A DNA stretch of 32,000 nt from Methylorubrum extorquens (GTDB lineage: Bacteria; Pseudomonadota; Alphaproteobacteria; Rhizobiales; Beijerinckiaceae): positions 4,350,001 to 4,382,000 of the forward strand of contig LT962688.1 in NCBI GenBank assembly GCA_900234795.1, in the 5' to 3' direction. Made by a program: the position numbers and the translations under genes. The notes beneath the pieces are model-generated. The model was not told the DNA's origin. It saw nothing but the letters and a program-made list of their open reading frames with translations, and searched no databases. This document shows positions 6,401 through 16,427 of this stretch, in pieces. Numbering within the stretch: position 1 is the first letter of the stretch; the number at the start of each line of letters is the position of its first letter.

Positions 6401-8602
6401 CTATTCCAGCCGCACTACCACGCTGTCGCTCGCGCCTGCCGCATCCATCACCGAGATCCGGGCGAAACCGGCGCCCTCCGGGCTCCATTCCGATTGCCGG
6501 CGCATCGCCTCGGCCACCGGCAGGCCGTCGACCATCCAGGTCAGCGGCGGCTGGCCGCCCAGGGCCTTGAGGGCGAGGCGGGCCTGCGCGCCCTCGCTGA
6601 TTCCGAGATCGACCCGGGCACCGTCCGGCGGGTAGGCGATCTTGAGCGGCACGCCGAGGGTCGCGGCGAAGGTTTTTGGCGCATCCCGGCGGATGTGGCG
6701 CAGGGGCCGGGGCAGGTTGGCGGTGGTGGCGACGAGGGCGTCGCGGGGCCGGGGCAGGGCCTCCGGCTCGCCGCCGAGCCGGGCGAAGGCGTCGAACAGG
6801 ATCGGGGCGGCGTGACTACGCCCGACGAGGCCCGGCACCGAGGCGCCGTCGGGGCGGCCGATCCAGACGGCAATCGTGACGCGGGCATCGAAGCCCACCG
6901 CCCAGGCGTCGCGGTAGCCGTAGGAGGTGCCGGTCTTGAAGCTGATCCGGCCGGGCAGGGCGTTCTCCGGCGGCGGGGCGCCGCGCAGAGTGTCGGCGAC
7001 GTACCAGGCGGCCACCGGATCGGCGACCCGCCGCTCCGGCTCGGGCGCGGCCGGCGGCCCGTCGAGGCGCCGGGTCAGCGCCGGCACGGTGCCGGAGCGT
7101 GCGAGCCCCGCATAGAGCCGGGCGAGGTCGGTGAGCGTGATCCCGAGCCCGCCGAGCGCCACGGGCAGGCCCGGCGCCGTGTCGCGCGGCAGCAGGATCG
7201 TCGCGCCGGCGCCCCGCAGCCGCGCGACGAAGCGGGCGGCGCCGACCGCGTCGAGGAGATCGACCGCGGGCAGGTTCAGCGATTGCTGGAGCGCGACCCG
7301 CGCCGTCACCGTGCCGCGAAACCCCATATCGAAGTTTTCCGGGGCGTAGCTCGCGGCAAAGCGCGCCGGGCGGTCGTCGAGGAGCGTTTCGGGGTGGGCG
7401 AGCCCGTCCTCGAAGGCGAGCGCGTAGATGAAGGGCTTGAGCGCTGAGCCCGGCGAGCGCACCGCCTGCGTGGCATCGACGGCGCCGGCGCGGGCCGCAT
7501 CGAGATAGCCGGCGCTGCCGACATGGGCGAGCACCGCGCCGGTTCGGTTGTCGAGGACGAGGATCGCGGTGGAGAGCGCCGGGCCAGCGGCGGTCGCTCG
7601 CTCGGTCGCCAGCGCCTCGAGGCTCGCCTGAAGGCGCGCGTCGAGCGTCAGGTGCTGCACCCGCGCGTCCGGTTCGGCGGCGTGGGCTTGCTCGGCGGCG
7701 TGGGCGGCAAGCATCGGGAATTGTTTTCGCGCAACCGGCACCGGCTCCGCCTTGGCGGCCTGCGCTTCGGCGGCGGTCAGCACCCCGCGCTCGGCGGCGA
7801 TGTCGAGCACCCGGTCGCGGGCGCGCCGCGCATTGGCGGCGAAGCGGTCGGGCCGGCGGGCCTCCGGAGCCTGCGGCAGGGCGACGAGGAGCGCGCTCTC
7901 GGCAAACGACAGACGGGCCGGCTCGCGACCGAAATAGGCCAGACTCGCCGCCCGCACGCCCTCGACCGGGCCGCCATAGGGGGCCAGCGCGAGATAGAGG
8001 TCGAGCACGCCCGATTTGCCGAGTGTACGCTCCAACTCGACCGCTCGGACCATCTGCCGGAGCTTTGCGGGGAGCGAGCGCTCGGCCCGCGGCTCGACGA
8101 GGCGGGCCACCTGCATCGACAGCGTCGAGCCGCCCGACACGATCTTGCCGTGCGCGAGCCATTGCCGCGCGGCGCGGAGCGTCGCCGCCGGATCGAGGCC
8201 GGGATGGCTGTCGAAGCGGCGATCCTCGTAGGCCTTGAGCATGGCGAGGTATCGCGGATCGATCGCGTCCGCGCTGACGGGCAGGCGCCAGCGCCCGTCG
8301 GCGGTGGCGAAGGGGCGCAGCAATTGGCCCTTCCGGTCGAGGATGACGGTGGAGCGGAGCGAGGCCTGCGTCAGGTCGAGGGGCGGGAGGGTCGTGGCGT
8401 AGCGCCAGAGGGCGCCGGCCAGCAGAAGCGCGACGGTAAAGATAAGAGCGAGAAGAACCCTTCCCCCTCTGCGGGGGAGGGTGGCCCGCGAAGCGGGTCG
8501 GGAGAGGGGAGCGCCCTTTCCGGACACGTCGCCCCCTCTCCCGCCTGCTCCGCAGGCACCCTCCCCCGCAGAGGGGGAAGGGCAGGCGGTGTCGGTGCTC
8601 AT
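6401..8602 (-). CDS. pbpC: Penicillin-binding protein 1C (bifunctional glycosyltransferase/transpeptidase family)
   Basis: - TM helix VLLALIFTVALLLAGALW.
- GT51 motifs (EDRRFDSHPGLD, GGSTLSMQVAR, KILDLYLALAPYGG-like).
- Transpeptidase motifs: a Ser-x-x-Lys motif (SPGSALKP) and KTGTSYGYRDAW.
- C-terminal PBP1C-type domain.
- Sits directly downstream of the alpha-2-macroglobulin gene, the classic yfhM-pbpC pairing.
- The start is uncertain because residues 7-48 are encoded by a palindromic repeat element; GTG at 8527 is an alternative. Confidence 0.85.
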   Translation of the reverse strand: MSTDTACPSPSAGEGACGAGGRGGDVSGKGAPLSRPASRATLPRRGGRVLLALIFTVALLLAGALWRYATTLPPLDLTQASLRSTVILDRKGQLLRPFATADGRWRLPVSADAIDPRYLAMLKAYEDRRFDSHPGLDPAATLRAARQWLAHGKIVSGGSTLSMQVARLVEPRAERSLPAKLRQMVRAVELERTLGKSGVLDLYLALAPYGGPVEGVRAASLAYFGREPARLSFAESALLVALPQAPEARRPDRFAANARRARDRVLDIAAERGVLTAAEAQAAKAEPVPVARKQFPMLAAHAAEQAHAAEPDARVQHLTLDARLQASLEALATERATAAGPALSTAILVLDNRTGAVLAHVGSAGYLDAARAGAVDATQAVRSPGSALKPFIYALAFEDGLAHPETLLDDRPARFAASYAPENFDMGFRGTVTARVALQQSLNLPAVDLLDAVGAARFVARLRGAGATILLPRDTAPGLPVALGGLGITLTDLARLYAGLARSGTVPALTRRLDGPPAAPEPERRVADPVAAWYVADTLRGAPPPENALPGRISFKTGTSYGYRDAWAVGFDARVTIAVWIGRPDGASVPGLVGRSHAAPILFDAFARLGGEPEALPRPRDALVATTANLPRPLRHIRRDAPKTFAATLGVPLKIAYPPDGARVDLGISEGAQARLALKALGGQPPLTWMVDGLPVAEAMRRQSEWSPEGAGFARISVMDAAGASDSVVVRLE
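8458..8582. repeat. 125-bp highly structured palindromic (REP/MITE-like) element
   Basis: - Perfect 26-nt inverted repeat: CCCTTCCCCCTCTGCGGGGGAGGGTG (8458-8483) against CACCCTCCCCCGCAGAGGGGGAAGGG (8557-8582).
- The 73-nt centre contains GGGAGAGGGG (8500-8509) pairing with CCCCTCTCCC (8533-8542).
- It also contains two small hairpins, CCCGC-GAA-GCGGG and CCTGC-TCC-GCAGG. Confidence 0.75.
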
Positions 8603-8606
8603 ACCC

Positions 8607-11600
8607 CTACTTCGCCGCGGTCACCTCGACCGATCCGAACGCGGTGCGCCCGAACCGCTCGGGGCGGTACATATCCTCGACGCTCGCGCCCGGATGCACG
8701 TAGCTGCCGGGCGAGACCACGCGGACGGTGTAGGCCGCCGAGAAGAAGGCGGATTGCTCCGGCGTGCGGTCATAGGCGGCCACGAACCGGTCGTCGCGGA
8801 ACTCGGTATGGACCGGGGCCACCTCGCTCTTCGCGAAGCTGAGGCTCGAGAGCGCGTCGGCATCGAGGAGCTTCGGGTTGTCGATCTCCAGCCCCGCGGG
8901 CAGGCGATCGACCAGCAGCAGGCGCCCGGCGCTGGCCTTGGCCTCGGTCACTTTCAGCACCACGACGAGGCGGTCGTTCTGGCGCAGCGGCTTGGCCAGA
9001 TCCACCGGGCTGCCGTCGAGTCTGTAGATGTTGCGCTCGACCGTGAAGCCCTGGGAGGCCGCCGGCTCCGGGGCGATCGGGTTGCCTTGGACGCCGACCG
9101 CGATCGGCACCGCCTCGCGGCCGGCATTGACGATCCGCACCGGCCGCGCCTCTAGGGCGGGGGCCCGGTAGAGCCGCGAGAGCGGTCCGGTCTCGGTCTT
9201 TCCGTCGATGGTGAGCGCGAGGCTGTCGGATTCCTTAGCGAGGCTTTGGGCTGCCAGCACCATCCAGGCATTCTCCTGGGTGCTGGTGGAGCGGCCGTCC
9301 GCCCGCTCCTGGCCGAGCACGGCGGCGACCGGTTGCAGCGTCGCTTGAGAAAACCCAGCCTCGGCTGAGAGCGCCAGCAGAGCAGCGCCGTCGCGCAGGC
9401 GCGAGCCGTAATCGGCGCGATAGGTGCCCCGATCGCGCTCGGCCTGGAGCGCCTGCACCGCCGCCTCGAAGCCCTTTTGCGCCCGGCCGCGATCACCGAG
9501 GAGGGCCAGCGCGGCGGCGAGCTGCCCGCGGCCGAGCGGGGTGGCGAAATCGGTGAGCTTGGTGTCGGCGAGGTAGCGCAGATCCCCCATCACCGGCCGG
9601 CCGTTGCGGGCGAGCACGTAGGCCGCGTAGGCCAGATCCATGCCGCCATTCTCGACATTGGTGGTGTTGGCCACCGTGTTGCGCAGGCGGTCGAGCGCGC
9701 TGTTGAAGGCGGTCTGCGGCACGGCAAAGCCCCGCTCGCGGGCGCGGGTGAGGAAGTCGGTCACGTAGGCGGCCAACCACGTGTCGCCGGCATTCTCCGT
9801 GGACCACGCGCCGAAGGCCCCGCTCGAATCTTGGCGCGCCAGCACCCGTTCGATTGCCCCGCGCACCCGCTCGTCGAGTTTCCCGTCGAGGCCGAGCTTT
9901 TCCGTCGCCGCGAGCGCGTTGACGTAGAGCAGCGGCATCGCCCGGCTGACGATCTGCTCGGAGCAGCCATAGGGGTAGCGGTCGAGCGATTGCAGCAGGG
10001 CGGCGACGTCGATGCCCCCGAGGCGGTTGGCCGAGACGGAGACCGCCCCGGTGCCGGGCAGGATGTCGGCGAGCAGATCCGGCGTCAGGTCGAGGCCGGC
10101 GCCGGGTTCCAGCGGGCGCACATTGCGGCGGACCAGCGCCCCGGTGCCCGGATTGATTCCGAGCGCGAAGGACTGGCCGGCGCTGCCCTGGATGCCAGGG
10201 CCGGTGAGGCTCAGGTCGAGCCGTGCCGTGCCGTGCCTGGGCCGGCGGCGGTGATCGGGATCACGAGCTGTCCCTTGGCGCCGGCCTCCAGGCGCAGGGT
10301 GGAGCGCACCGCCTCGCCCGCCACCACGACGGGGCCAGTGAGGTCGAGATCGACCGTGTAGTCGCCGGCCGCCCCCTCGACGTTGTCGAGGGCGACGAAG
10401 AAGCGCGAGCGGTCCCCGACATTGAGGAAGCGCGGCAGGGTGCCGGTGAGCACCACGGGATCGCGCACGATCACATCGGCTTGGGCTTGGCCCACCTTCG
10501 CCTTGGTCCAGGCGGTCGCCATCAGCCGGGCGGTGCCGTTGAAGGCGGGCAGCTCCAGCGGAATTTTCGCTGTACCGTCGGCGCCGACCGTGACCACGCC
10601 GGAATAGAGCGCGAGCGGGGCCTGGGTCGGGGGGGCGTCGGCAAGTTCCGCCGCGCCACCGTCGCCGCCGGAGCGGATCGCGCCGAGCGTGCCCTGCATG
10701 CCGTCGATCAGGTAGCCCCAGAGATCGCGGATCTCGGGTCCGAGCGCCTTCTGGCCGAAGAAGTAGCCGAACGGGTTCGGCGCTTCGTAGCGGGTCAGGT
10801 TGAGGATGCCGACATCGACCGCCGCCAGCGTCACCCGCGCCTCCTCGCCGGGAGCGAGGCCGGCGAGCTTCACCGGCACGGTGAGCGTGCCGCGGGGGCG
10901 CACCTTCTCCGGCGCCTCGATCGCGACGGAGAGGCCGCGCTTTTCCTTATCGACGGAGAACCAAGCGACGCCGAGCGCCCGGCCCGGCATGCGTTTGGCC
11001 GCCTGGTCGAGCGGCCGGTAGGCGGTGGCGACGAGGTAGGCGCCCGCGCCCCATTCCGCCTTGACCGGAATGTCGACACTGGTGCCGCCCTCGGAGACCG
11101 CCACGTCGCGGATCTCGTGCACCCGGTCGCTGACGATGGCGAGCGTCGCCGTGCCGGCGAATTTCGGCGCGAGCCGGGCGCGCAGCCGCTCGCCGGCCGC
11201 GTAGGCGCCCTTGTCGAGGGTGAGGTCGAGAAGATCCGGCACGTCGGCGCTCTCGGAGCCGCCCCAGCCGACGGTGAAGGACACGCTCGCCGCCGCCTGC
11301 GGCTGGCCCGGCACGCTCGCCTCCAGGCGATACTGGCCGAATCCCACCGGCACGGCGATGCGCGCGGGCGCATCCGCCCCGATCGCCACGCGCCCGTCGG
11401 CGATGCGGCGGCTGGATTTGACCGGCTCGAAGCTCCAGCGCCCGTCGGCACGGTACCATTGGTAGGTCCGGTCCACCTTCGAGAGCGTCCAGGTCACCCC
11501 GTCCTGTGTCAGACGCCGGCCGTCGGGGGCGGCCATGGCGACGTCGAAAGTGGTGGTCGCGTTCTCGGCCAGATCGCCACCGAAATTCTTGCGGATCGCC

Positions 11601-13930
11601 AGCACGGGCTGGGCCGGCAGGATCGGCAGGGTCACGCTGCGGCTCAGCGCCCGGCCGCCCGGCTCGCCCACGGCGAGGGTGATCTTGGCCTCCAGCGCGC
11701 GGGGGGCGGCCACTTCCTGTACCGGCACGGTGATGGTGGCATGGCCCCGCGCGTCGGTGGTGGCCTTGGCGTCGATCTCGGCGGTCGTCGCCTCCACCGC
11801 CTCGTCGTCGAGGCCGATGGAGAAGCCCTCCAACCCCTTGATGCCGGAATTGGCCGCCGCCTGAACCGCGACCGAGCCCGAGACGTCGAGCCCCGAGCCC
11901 GGCGCGCCGTAGAGGTAGCGCGCGGCGACGTCGATCGTCGCGGCTTCACCCCGCGTCAGCGTCGGCGTCTCCGGGGTGAGGCTCACCTCCAGCCGCTCGG
12001 GCACGTAATCCTCGACGAGCCAGCTCGCTTCGCCGACCGGCGGCGCCTTCGGATCGGTATAGGCCGAGACCCGCCACGTGCCGTGCATCGCGCCCGCCAT
12101 CAGCGGCAGGGCGAGCGAGCGCCCGCCGAGGCCCTCGTCGGCGACAGCCGCGCGGCGATACTCGACGCCGTCGGGCCGCTTCACCACCAGCGTCAGCGGC
12201 AGGCCGGCCACCGCCGCCCCCTTGGGGTCGCGAAGAAGCGCGGTGAGCTGGACCGTCTCGCCCGAGCGGTAGACGCCGCGCTCGGGGAAGACGTAGGCCT
12301 CGGCCCCGCCGGGGGCCGGGCGGCCCTTCACCCCGCGGTCGGAGAGATCGAAGGCGCCGAGCGCCAGATCGAGGAAGCCGTAATCGTCGCCGACCTGCGC
12401 CACCACGAGGCCGGGTGCCAGCCCGCCCTCGCCGCGGGCGAGGCCGGCGGGGAAGGCGGCGTGGCCCTGGCCATCGGTCCTGGCGGTCGCGAGCACATCG
12501 TTGTTGCGGGCGACGAGCCGGATCTCGGCGCCGGACACCGTCTTGGCGCTGGCGAGCGATCGGGCGAAGACGTGGACGCCGTCGCGGCCCTTGAAGGCGG
12601 TGAGCCCGAGATCGGACACAACGAACCACTGCGTCGCCTGGCTCTCGTAGCCGCCATACTCGTCCTCCGACGAATCGGTGGTGCCGGTGGGCTTGGCCAG
12701 CATCAGGTACAGGCCGGGCTCCAGCTTGCCGACCGCTTGGAGCACGGGGAAGGCGGTCACCGCCTCGCGGTTGGTCTCGGCCTTGGCGGTGTCGAGAATG
12801 CCCTTCCAGACCCGCTGGCCCTTCTGGTCGGCGATGGATTTGGCGGTCGAGCCGCTGAGCTGGCTCAGGAAGTCTTCCGAACGGAGCGCGGGCAGCAGGC
12901 CGCGGTCGCCGATGCGCAGCACCTCGACGTCGAGCTTGTCGGCGTTGACCGAGACCAGCGGCACGCCGGCCTGACCGGTGCGCGGCAGGACGTAGTTGCG
13001 GCCGGTGAAGCGCACTTGTGGCGAGCGGTCGCGAACGTAGACCTCGTAATCGGCCGATTTCAGCAGATTCTCGCCGACCGAAGAGGGCAGGCCCTGGCGC
13101 ACGACGAAGGCGTAGCGCTCGGAATGTTTGAGCCCATCGACGCAGACCTGGGAGCCTTCCGCCGTGACGGCGGCGTTGGCGGCACCCGAGACGGCGATGT
13201 AGGGCGCGTAGTCGGTCTTCGGGACGAGACCTTCCGAGAAGGTGAAGCAGACCCGCGGCGCGGCGGCGTCCGAATCGACCTTGTAGTCGAGGATGCGGAA
13301 GCCGTGCTCCTCGCGCAGTTTCTCGTAAGCGGCACGGGTCTGCGCCTCGTCCCGGATCGCGAGGCTCGCGCGGTAGGCTTCCAAAGCGGACCGCCACTCG
13401 AACTGGGCCGCCTGGATCTCGCCGAGCCGGGCCAGGGCGCGGGCCTCGTCCGCCGGGTTCTTGGCGCGCAGGTAGCCCTGGTAGGCAGCGGCGCTCGCGC
13501 GGCCCTTCAGCTTGAACCGGGCGGAATAGTCGGCGCGCTCCTCGTCGTTGCCCGCCGCAATGGCCGCGTTGGCGTAGTCGAGCCAGTTGCGGATATCGTT
13601 CGGGTCGGCCGCGACGGCGGCGGCGCGGGCGTTGAGTTCGGCGTCGGGCTCCCCGCCCTCGCTCTGGGCGGCGACCTCCGCCTCGCGCCGCCATTGCGCG
13701 GCCGTCTTGGCGCCGGGGGGCGCTTCGCTCTTGAGCGCGGTCTCAAGCCGGACGCCCGCACTCGCCAGCGCCTCGCGCACAAAGGTCTTCGCGACGGGTG
13801 CGGTCGCCGATCTCAGGGGCGCCGTGGGGGGCGCGGCCGGACGGGGCGTCTGGGCCAGGGCCGGAAAACCGAGCAGCATCGCGCCGATCAACGTCGCACC
13901 GAGGGGCCCGAGACTTTTGCCTTGGGACAT
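8607..13930 (-). pseudogene. Alpha-2-macroglobulin family protein (YfhM/ECAM-like), reading frame broken once (frameshifted gene or sequence error)
   Basis: - Two consecutive ORFs in different frames: 10211..13930 (N-terminal part, signal peptide MSQGKSLGPLGATLIGAMLLGFPALA, MG-domain repeats) and 8607..about 10235 (C-terminal part).
- The C-terminal part carries the thioester motif YPYGCSEQ and ends ...SVEVTAAK.
- The downstream frame is open back to the break (TARLDLSLTGPGIQGSAGQSFALGINPGTGALVRRNVRPLEPG).
- The span minus 5 nt equals 5319 nt, which is 1772 codons plus a stop. Confidence 0.8.
10221..10237. repeat. Pentanucleotide tandem repeat (CCGTG)x3 plus CC, located exactly at the alpha-2-macroglobulin frame break
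   Basis: The plus strand reads gag CCGTG CCGTG CCGTG CC tgg. The stop of the upstream segment is at 10211-10213. Confidence 0.9.
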
Positions 13931-14042
13931 GCGCGCGTCTCCTCCGACCGGTGCGCCCGAAGCAGGGGCGCCCGCGGCCGGCACGCTATCACTTGCCGCG
14001 CCGGCCGCAACGCTGGCGAAGGGCCATCGGCGAGGAGGGGCC

Positions 14043-14489
14043 TCAGAAGAGGCAGATCAGGGCGACGCCGGTCAGCAGAAGCAGCGCGCCGCCGAGCCGC
14101 GGCAGGTTCGCTTCGTGGACCGGCACGCCGAGCAGCCCGAAATGGTCGAGGGCGAGCGACATCAGCATCTGCCCGACGATGAGGAGGGCGACGACCGCGG
14201 CGGCGCCGATGCGCGGGATCAGGAAGATCGCCCCGACCACGTAGACCGCGCCGAGCAGACCGCCGGTCCAGGCGTACCAGGGGGCGCGGGCGGCCGCGTC
14301 GAGCGAGGGCAAGGGTTCGCGCCAGGTCAGCGCCAGGAGGCCGACGGCGAGGCCGCCGATGGTGAAGTTGACGAATCCGGCCCAGAGACCGGAGCCGAGT
14401 TCGCCCCTCAGCCCGGCATTGACCGCCTGCTGGACCACGAAGGCGACACCCGCCAGCGCCGCCGCACCGTACAATCCGATCTGCAGCAC
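14043..14489 (-). CDS. DMT-superfamily small membrane transporter, YdcZ/DUF606-like
   Basis: A 148-aa, very hydrophobic protein with 4-5 TM segments. It shows the LQIGLYGAAALAGVAFVVQQAVNAGL and GGLLGAVYVVGAIFLIPRIGAAAVVALLIVGQML pattern typical of DUF606. The GTG start follows GGAAGGG. Confidence 0.7.
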   Translation of the reverse strand: MLQIGLYGAAALAGVAFVVQQAVNAGLRGELGSGLWAGFVNFTIGGLAVGLLALTWREPLPSLDAAARAPWYAWTGGLLGAVYVVGAIFLIPRIGAAAVVALLIVGQMLMSLALDHFGLLGVPVHEANLPRLGGALLLLTGVALICLF

Positions 14490-14655
14490 AACCCGCCCTT
14501 CCGAATGCCTCGAAGTCCTGCGCCAAAGCTGTCGCCTGGAGCCTGTCCGTCCACCGGCGTGCGATCACGATCCCGCAGGACGGCTCTGCGCCGCGGCTTG
14601 TGGGGGGCACGCTCTGGCTGGCATCATCCCCCGCACGGCGAATCGAGCGGTGGTG

Positions 14656-16143
14656 ATGACGGGACGGATGAGAGCTTTTCGCACCGGCCTACCGGCCCTG
14701 CTTGCCGCCGGACTTGCGACGGGCGCCCTCGCACAAGGGACCCTCCCACCGGCCGCGCCGGCCCGGCCGAAGCCAGCCGCTGCCCCCCAACCCGCGCCCG
14801 ATCCCGCCTTCGAGGCGGCGCGGGTAGCTTTCGAGGCCCTGCCCGAGGCGGAGCGGCGGGGCCTGCAAGATGCCCTGGTCTGGACCGGTGACTATAACGG
14901 CGTGACGACCGGGGCCTTCGGCAAACGCAGCTTCGACGGCATCCAGACCTACCAGACCCGCGCGGGCGCCGCCCCGACCGGCGTACTCACGCCGCCGGAG
15001 CGCACGGCGCTCAAGCGCGAGGCGGAGGAGGCCCGGCGGGCGGCGCGCTTCAAGGTCCAGCCCGATCCGGCGAGCGGCGTGGTGGTCGGCGTGCCGGAGG
15101 CGCTGCTGCCGAAAAAGAGCGCGATCCCCGGCGGCACCCGCTGGCAGAGCACCGACGGGCGGGTGACCCTCGACACCAAGTCGTTCCCGCAAGGGGAGAC
15201 CAGCCTCGACGCCCTGTTCGAGCGCGCCATCGCCGCGATGCCCGGCCGCAAGGTCACATACAAGCTGAAGAAGCCGGACTTCATCGTCATCACCGCCGAA
15301 ACCGCGGGGGGGCGCTCCTATATCCGCTACGCCGAAGGCCCCCAGGGCATCCGCGGCTTCACCCTCGGCTATGACAGGACGCTGGCGGACACGGTCGATC
15401 GTCTCGTCATCGCGGTGGCCAACAACTTTTCACCGTTTCCCGAGGACGCGCCGGCTCCCACCGCTCCGACGGCGGCCACCGGCCCGACCCCTCGCACGTC
15501 TGCCTCCGGCCTAGCGGCCGCGCCCGCAGTACCGCCGCTGCCCGGCGTCCAGGCCGAGGCGCGCCCTGCCGCGACCGGCCTGCTGCTGGGCGGCGGGCGG
15601 GTGCTGACGGCGGCCTCTGCCCTCGAATCCTGCACCGCGCCGCGCATCGGCGGTGCGGCGGCTCGGATCGAGCGGCGCGATGCGGCGGGCAGCCTCGCGC
15701 TTCTGTCCGCCGAGGGGTTGGCGGGCGATGCGCCGCCGCCGCTCCGCGCCGAGCCGGTGAGCGAGGGCGAGGCCCTGCTCGTGCTCGGCGCCCAGGCGAA
15801 GGGCCGCCCGAGCGTCGCCCCCGCCACCGCTGCCGTCGAAGGCGTTTATGCCCCGCTCCAGCCCGGCGCCGCTGGCGCGCCGGTGCTCGACCGGTCGGGC
15901 CGGCTCGTCGGACTCGTCGCCCGCTTTCCCACCGCACCCCGCCTGATCGCCGGGGTGATGCCGCCGACTCGCTATGCCGTCGTGCCGGGGAAGGCCGTCG
16001 CAGCGTTCCTGAGCGAGAGCGGCCTGCCCGCCGGAGCGGGCAAGGACGCGGCGAAGGATCTCGCGAAGGGCGCTGCGACCACGCTGGGCGGGGCGGCGGC
16101 GCCCGTTCTCGACGCCGTCGTTGCCATCACCTGCGCCCTGTGA
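14656..16143 (+). CDS. Secreted peptidoglycan-binding (PG_binding_1) domain protein with a C-terminal trypsin-like fold lacking the catalytic His and Ser
   Basis: - Signal peptide MTGRMRAFRTGLPALLAAGLATGALA.
- PG-binding repeat LQDALVWTGDYNGVTTGAFGKRSFDGIQTYQTRAGAAPTGVLTPPERTAL.
- C-terminal VLTAASAL, SLALL and PGAAGAPVLDRSGRLVGLV resemble the S1 protease blocks TNAHV, DLALL and GNSGGPL.
- The 5-prime part of ORF 14359.. overlaps the divergent gene and was rejected. Confidence 0.7.
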   Translation: MTGRMRAFRTGLPALLAAGLATGALAQGTLPPAAPARPKPAAAPQPAPDPAFEAARVAFEALPEAERRGLQDALVWTGDYNGVTTGAFGKRSFDGIQTYQTRAGAAPTGVLTPPERTALKREAEEARRAARFKVQPDPASGVVVGVPEALLPKKSAIPGGTRWQSTDGRVTLDTKSFPQGETSLDALFERAIAAMPGRKVTYKLKKPDFIVITAETAGGRSYIRYAEGPQGIRGFTLGYDRTLADTVDRLVIAVANNFSPFPEDAPAPTAPTAATGPTPRTSASGLAAAPAVPPLPGVQAEARPAATGLLLGGGRVLTAASALESCTAPRIGGAAARIERRDAAGSLALLSAEGLAGDAPPPLRAEPVSEGEALLVLGAQAKGRPSVAPATAAVEGVYAPLQPGAAGAPVLDRSGRLVGLVARFPTAPRLIAGVMPPTRYAVVPGKAVAAFLSESGLPAGAGKDAAKDLAKGAATTLGGAAAPVLDAVVAITCAL

Positions 16144-16159
16144 GGAGCAGTGTCGAGCC

Positions 16160-16315
16160 TTAGACCCGGTTCGTCACCAGCAGCACGATCAGGATGATGA
16201 TCAGCAGGCCGCCGAGGCCGAAGCCGGGGCCGCGGAAGCGACCGCCGCCGTAGAAGTTGCCGCCGCCGAACAGGAGCAGGATCAACAGGATCAGGAGGAT
16301 GGTGGTGATCGTCAT
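16160..16315 (-). CDS. DUF3309-family small membrane protein (51 aa)
   Basis: MTITTILLILLILLLFGGGNFYGGGRFRGPGFGLGGLLIIILIVLLVTNRV has two hydrophobic helices flanking a Gly/aromatic loop, the DUF3309 pattern. The ATG is at 16315. Confidence 0.6.
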   Translation of the reverse strand: MTITTILLILLILLLFGGGNFYGGGRFRGPGFGLGGLLIIILIVLLVTNRV

Positions 16316-16427
16316 CGGCGGAAGCCTCTTTGGTCCGCCCAGACCCCTTTGCCTGAGCGCCAACAGCAACGCTTCTGCCGGCGATTTCGTTCAGCCGGCT
16401 CGGGTCTTATCCGGCGGTCGTCGGGCC

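Noticed and set aside
8458-8582. The idea that the palindromic element is a clean in-frame insertion into pbpC.
   Set aside because: The span between the outer ends of the perfect arms is 125 nt, which is not a multiple of three. Simple excision from ATG 8602 would not preserve the frame, and the insertion boundaries cannot be defined from one copy.
10223-14182. A 1319-aa ORF on the plus strand. Similar long ORFs occur at 2753..4348(-), 3886..5634(-), 6816..8162(-), 11946..13694(-), 22818..24431(-), 25124..27448(+), 25191..27833(-) and 30814..31704(-).
   Set aside because: All are antisense to, or out of frame with, genes that have clear family motifs. Their translations are Arg/Gly/Pro/Ala-rich low-complexity strings with no recognisable domains. 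This is the expected stop-codon-poor artefact of about 70% GC DNA.
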